A stretch of DNA of 63,469 bases, counting the filler, from an uncultured Clostridia bacterium (GTDB lineage Bacteria > CAYTYR01 > UBA6262), in assembly GCA_964441745.1 (NCBI GenBank). It is 3 parts of 3 records of this genome, joined end to end, with 100 filler letters (N's around TTAATTAATTAA, not from the genome) between each part and the next. Parts side by side here need not be neighbours in the genome. Positions count along the whole stretch, not along the records: positions 48,777 to 63,469 come from CAYTYR010000033.1; 2 more parts are not named here. One strand, given 5' to 3'. The translations under genes were made by a program, and so were the position numbers. Shown in pieces: positions 60,901-63,469 of the stretch. Position 1 is the first letter of the stretch, and each line of letters begins with the position of its first letter. The notes under the pieces were generated by a model. The model made no database searches and was not told the DNA's origin. It worked only from the letters and a program-made list of their open reading frames with translations.

Positions 60901-63469
60901 CTCTTGACCGCGACAATCACGCTTTGTACTGCCACATCCGGCTGCTGCTGTCCGAAAGTAAAGGCGCTCTGCGTTGCAGCCCAGCTATATTTCTGCGGCA
61001 CTACGCTGTAGATATCATCTCCCAGGCCGCTCAAACTATAGACGGCTTGACCGGCGGCATTTATGGTGATCAGCGCCTTGTAAGCTGTCGTCCAGCCCAT
61101 CCACATCATTTTGACTGGATAAGCCTCTACCGTCTTACCTGCCAGGTCAGCCAGAGTATAGGCAGTACCGTCTGATTTCAGCGGCGGATTAGTGGCGCTA
61201 ATAGTCACCACTCCCTGAATAGTAGCGCCAGCAGCCAAAGCAAAATCAACACCTGTTTTTGCTTCGCCGTTGGCTACAGGCTCGCGTTCAGTAACCATAC
61301 CAAAATTGCCGCTGGGCTGTCCCATCGGATTAGTAGTCGAAGGAGCAACACTGTATTCATTACAGGTGACAATATATTCACCAGTGCCTATACCTTCAAT
61401 AGTATATGTGCCATCAGCCGCTGGAGCAGCGACTTTCGGGGTACGCCATACATCCCACCACGGTTCCCGGGCAATTATGCGGACCTTGGCCATATCAACA
61501 CCAGTGCCAGTGACTTTTCCGCTGATGGAACCGGCAAAAGCTTCCAAGGATATATCAGCAGTAGTACTTGGGGTAGTATAAACAATTGGCCGGTCTTTTA
61601 ATTCAAAACCAAACAGCCATGTATCTAACTGATAGGAGACCCCGTCTTCCAAACCAGTGATCTCATAATCAACTTCTTGCGCCGTAGCGCTCTTGGTAAT
61701 TACAACCTCGGCGCCAGTACCATAACCAGTGCTCGGGCTCCAGGCATTGATCCATAAGGTAAACTGGGTCAGAGGATCGAAGATTACTTTCTTCTTTGCT
61801 ACAGAAGATCCCGATACCATCATCGGCTGTCCGCCGCCACCCATATTTGAGGTCATGACATCCAAGGTGCTGGCATTGATCTTGATCTTGCCTTTCAGAC
61901 TCTGGCCAGCATCAAAGGTATAATCCTTGTTAGGAACATCGGTTGCCGCGGTAACAACTACTCCCTCGATCTTGCCAGGTTTATACTTACCCCAGCAATT
62001 AAACCTGATCGTATAGGTTCCTGCGGCTAAACTCCTGATCGTATAAGGCACTGAGGTTGATCCGGCTGGGATCATGGTTCCGCCCCAACCAAAAGACTTG
62101 CCGTCAGAGCTTTCGGCCGAAACATCGATCATGACTTGATCTGCCCTGGCTGCCGGTAAAGTTACTGTACCTGATATAGTCCCGGCTTTGACCATGGTTA
62201 TGTTCTTAGCTGTAGCTGCGCCTTTCACTACTTCAATCGCTGTCTCAGCGTTACTGGCATATCCTTCCAATTGGGCATTCAGATTATAAGTACCCGGAGG
62301 CAGGTTCAAAGTATAGTTTATGCTCTGCACAGCAGTAGCATCATTATCATCTTCCACAAAAACATTAGTCCAGCCATGCTGCGAACTTCCTGGACTCCAG
62401 GCATTGATATTGAGATTCCCATTGGTGATATAGTAACCTGGATCATTTGGATCATTGGTCCAGGACCAGGGATTTTTATATTTCACAAAACCAGGAGCCG
62501 GTATGGTGATAGTTCCCGTGATCGAACCGCCCCGCTCCAAGGTGAAATCAATGCCAGTAACTTGTTGATCAGCAGTGACAATTACATTTTCCTGACGATC
62601 CTGGTTGGGGAATCCGGAAGTTCCGGATTCAGTATTTAAATGATAACTGCCAGCTACCAAGCCGCTGATCACATAAGTGCCATCAGCCTTGGTATAAGCA
62701 GACCCCCAGCTCGACATCGAGCCGGCATTTACGCGGATATTGGGAACAGCATTGCCGACATCATCCCTGATCGTACCGGCGATACTGGAGCCAGCTACTT
62801 TTATCTTCAGGTCAGTATCCGGCCCGTAAGCCAGGTTGGCGGTTTCATCGTTTGAATCATAGTTAGGATTATATACTTTTAGCTGGACTGTATAGGTAGC
62901 GGCTGGCACAATATTCCAGGAATTATCCCGGCCATCCCAACGCGCTTTCACATTGACAAAGCCATATGTTTTGACATCATACCCGCTGATCCACTGGTCC
63001 ATCGACCAGTCTTTGCTACCCCGTAAAACATCATATTGCTGCTGGGTAAGTTTATAAGCTGCTCTTTGCGCGGTAGTCAAATTATTAAAGAATGACCAAT
63101 TCCAACCGGCCTCAGTAGAGTAATACGGTCCGCCGTTAGAATCCCAGAAAAATGCAGAATAATCAAAAGGATCATAGGTGCCGCTGCCATTAGTATCAAT
63201 ACAGATCTTGGCTGTCCCGCCCATTTCCCATTCATTTGTTGTGGTTGGGGTGATAGCATATTTAAACGATATTTCAGCGCCATTCTCATTCTGGTCGTTT
63301 GAACCAGGCAATATTGAAGGGACATCACCGACATCATGGCCAATCCCGCCAACAATGATCTGCCGCTGGGAAATAGTTACGGTTGGCGCAGCTGGCAAGG
63401 AAATATATTCCAATTGAGCCCACATTTGCGTGTTAGGATCCATGCCTCCAAAGAAGTTAGCAGTATATG
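57993..63469 (-). CDS. giant secreted beta-sandwich repeat protein with C-terminal FlgD-Ig/T9SS-type domain (5' end outside window)
   Basis: repeated G.ISGTV..DG.Y.I.GL..G.Y units; YPNPF..IFNIVGELVR..WNC..ASGVY..KIAVLK; frame open to the window edge. Confidence 0.85.
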   Translation of the reverse strand, partial: YTANFFGGMDPNTQMWAQLEYISLPAAPTVTISQRQIIVGGIGHDVGDVPSILPGSNDQNENGAEISFKYAITPTTTNEWEMGGTAKICIDTNGSGTYDPFDYSAFFWDSNGGPYYSTEAGWNWSFFNNLTTAQRAAYKLTQQQYDVLRGSKDWSMDQWISGYDVKTYGFVNVKARWDGRDNSWNIVPAATYTVQLKVYNPNYDSNDETANLAYGPDTDLKIKVAGSSIAGTIRDDVGNAVPNIRVNAGSMSSWGSAYTKADGTYVISGLVAGSYHLNTESGTSGFPNQDRQENVIVTADQQVTGIDFTLERGGSITGTITIPAPGFVKYKNPWSWTNDPNDPGYYITNGNLNINAWSPGSSQHGWTNVFVEDDNDATAVQSINYTLNLPPGTYNLNAQLEGYASNAETAIEVVKGAATAKNITMVKAGTISGTVTLPAARADQVMIDVSAESSDGKSFGWGGTMIPAGSTSVPYTIRSLAAGTYTIRFNCWGKYKPGKIEGVVVTAATDVPNKDYTFDAGQSLKGKIKINASTLDVMTSNMGGGGQPMMVSGSSVAKKKVIFDPLTQFTLWINAWSPSTGYGTGAEVVITKSATAQEVDYEITGLEDGVSYQLDTWLFGFELKDRPIVYTTPSTTADISLEAFAGSISGKVTGTGVDMAKVRIIAREPWWDVWRTPKVAAPAADGTYTIEGIGTGEYIVTCNEYSVAPSTTNPMGQPSGNFGMVTEREPVANGEAKTGVDFALAAGATIQGVVTISATNPPLKSDGTAYTLADLAGKTVEAYPVKMMWMGWTTAYKALITINAAGQAVYSLSGLGDDIYSVVPQKYSWAATQSAFTFGQQQPDVAVQSVIVAVKSGDTAERNFEISNGYNITGTIQRPSTTGVAGDGEDHFFVSLNSAAGNKTELGGTSVDFMDQSNWQWLPASERVNNTTKRSLSFTLKHVPNGNYVLRIFPWKNAYKETSKEAIVASADLSLGTFNMAQGASIKAKLVDAETGMAVTDDNGVSVHCEARPWIEGSWRDSSQMFEEDMSGTSVSVSTATDTTKFWEKQAGQKTGVFRMRNLPAGTYMLEIVSGGKTQGSGFSASTSNKVYINQTIAGIVVPDSTDEVDLGTIKLKGGVTISGNVTDAVGNKVANVLIAAIPSGGRKEVTPTTTKTDKDGKFILEGINPLIGFWDVTAAYRPRENWKGGVKTKYGEQTKIAIAPLAADVNFVIEDANANISGRVLAIAGRELAMPFPGDEMPVADILLQNQSQTYSDPFGGVEEPSTPDGRFTIYGVVPTGLNPNGTKKNLYTLKVFSKGAATYIKNNIELSANATTSVGDLQLISGASVGGTIKDTTGKNVASSLFELPLVSTPDFSTMTFGTFTTNSATNEIERYDIEGLTPGTNYYVVLAASEGADLYVDNSVVTAAAATDVLTRNITWVNKPPYFMAAAVKNETGKFLIGLWATESVTEAAASDVVTVVANPANKAQPGATAQGSLSQLEMALDKQEITGVFTPNAADEVFTLKATGHDVTGLVGNGTYTFDTAVEAYNVQIINPLMGGSVSASTSDPTKLTIPPGAITDPNDPTGNIDAEVSKAIETGAAMITSAQGVLVRSNGKNLALSRYPKNFQKAVNTTNIVDAQGKVVGRVSSSDKVSSYYDFKIGSAAVQSGKTVKVTIAYDSTLVTDTNLIDVYYLGDNGWVLENTGRTVDTNNKTISAEVNHASLFAAFKSLSGANAPSGIPDSYTVYPYPNPFKKKTAASELTIKVGIPAGSTRDVKIKIFNIVGELVREINESGKVPGWHDIIWNCKNDGGSEIASGVYIAQVEAGGDEKIVKIAVLK

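Overview
Bacterial draft-genome window (probably a MAG of an anaerobic diderm candidate-phylum organism; lineage not determinable here). It consists of three contigs joined by artificial N44-TTAATTAATTAA-N44 linkers at 24632-24731 and 48677-48776. Contig 1 (+) is housekeeping: pgi, a nucleotidyltransferase-PMM fusion, pgm, eno-ftsB, three tRNAs, tilS-ftsH-folE-folP-cdaA-pdxJ-glmS, a LarA-family gene and a GalT-like gene. Contig 2 (-) carries a group 3b [NiFe]-hydrogenase operon with unusual maturation genes (HypA lacking its Zn finger, HypC fused to a HydE-like radical SAM domain), a multi-PAS kinase behind a candidate leader-peptide attenuator, a c-di-GMP gene cluster, asd/leuB/leuD and a HepT/MntA toxin-antitoxin pair. 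Contig 3 carries a partial 16S rRNA with tandem promoters, a small TA/nuclease island, tyrS, PBP1A, and a giant T9SS-like cargo gene followed by a PorV-like gene. The most striking non-genic signal is a dispersed system of degenerate 6-9-nt-period repeats, often in inverted arms, in most intergenic spacers. Small palindromic cassettes are nested in these runs, twice in frame inside coding sequence.
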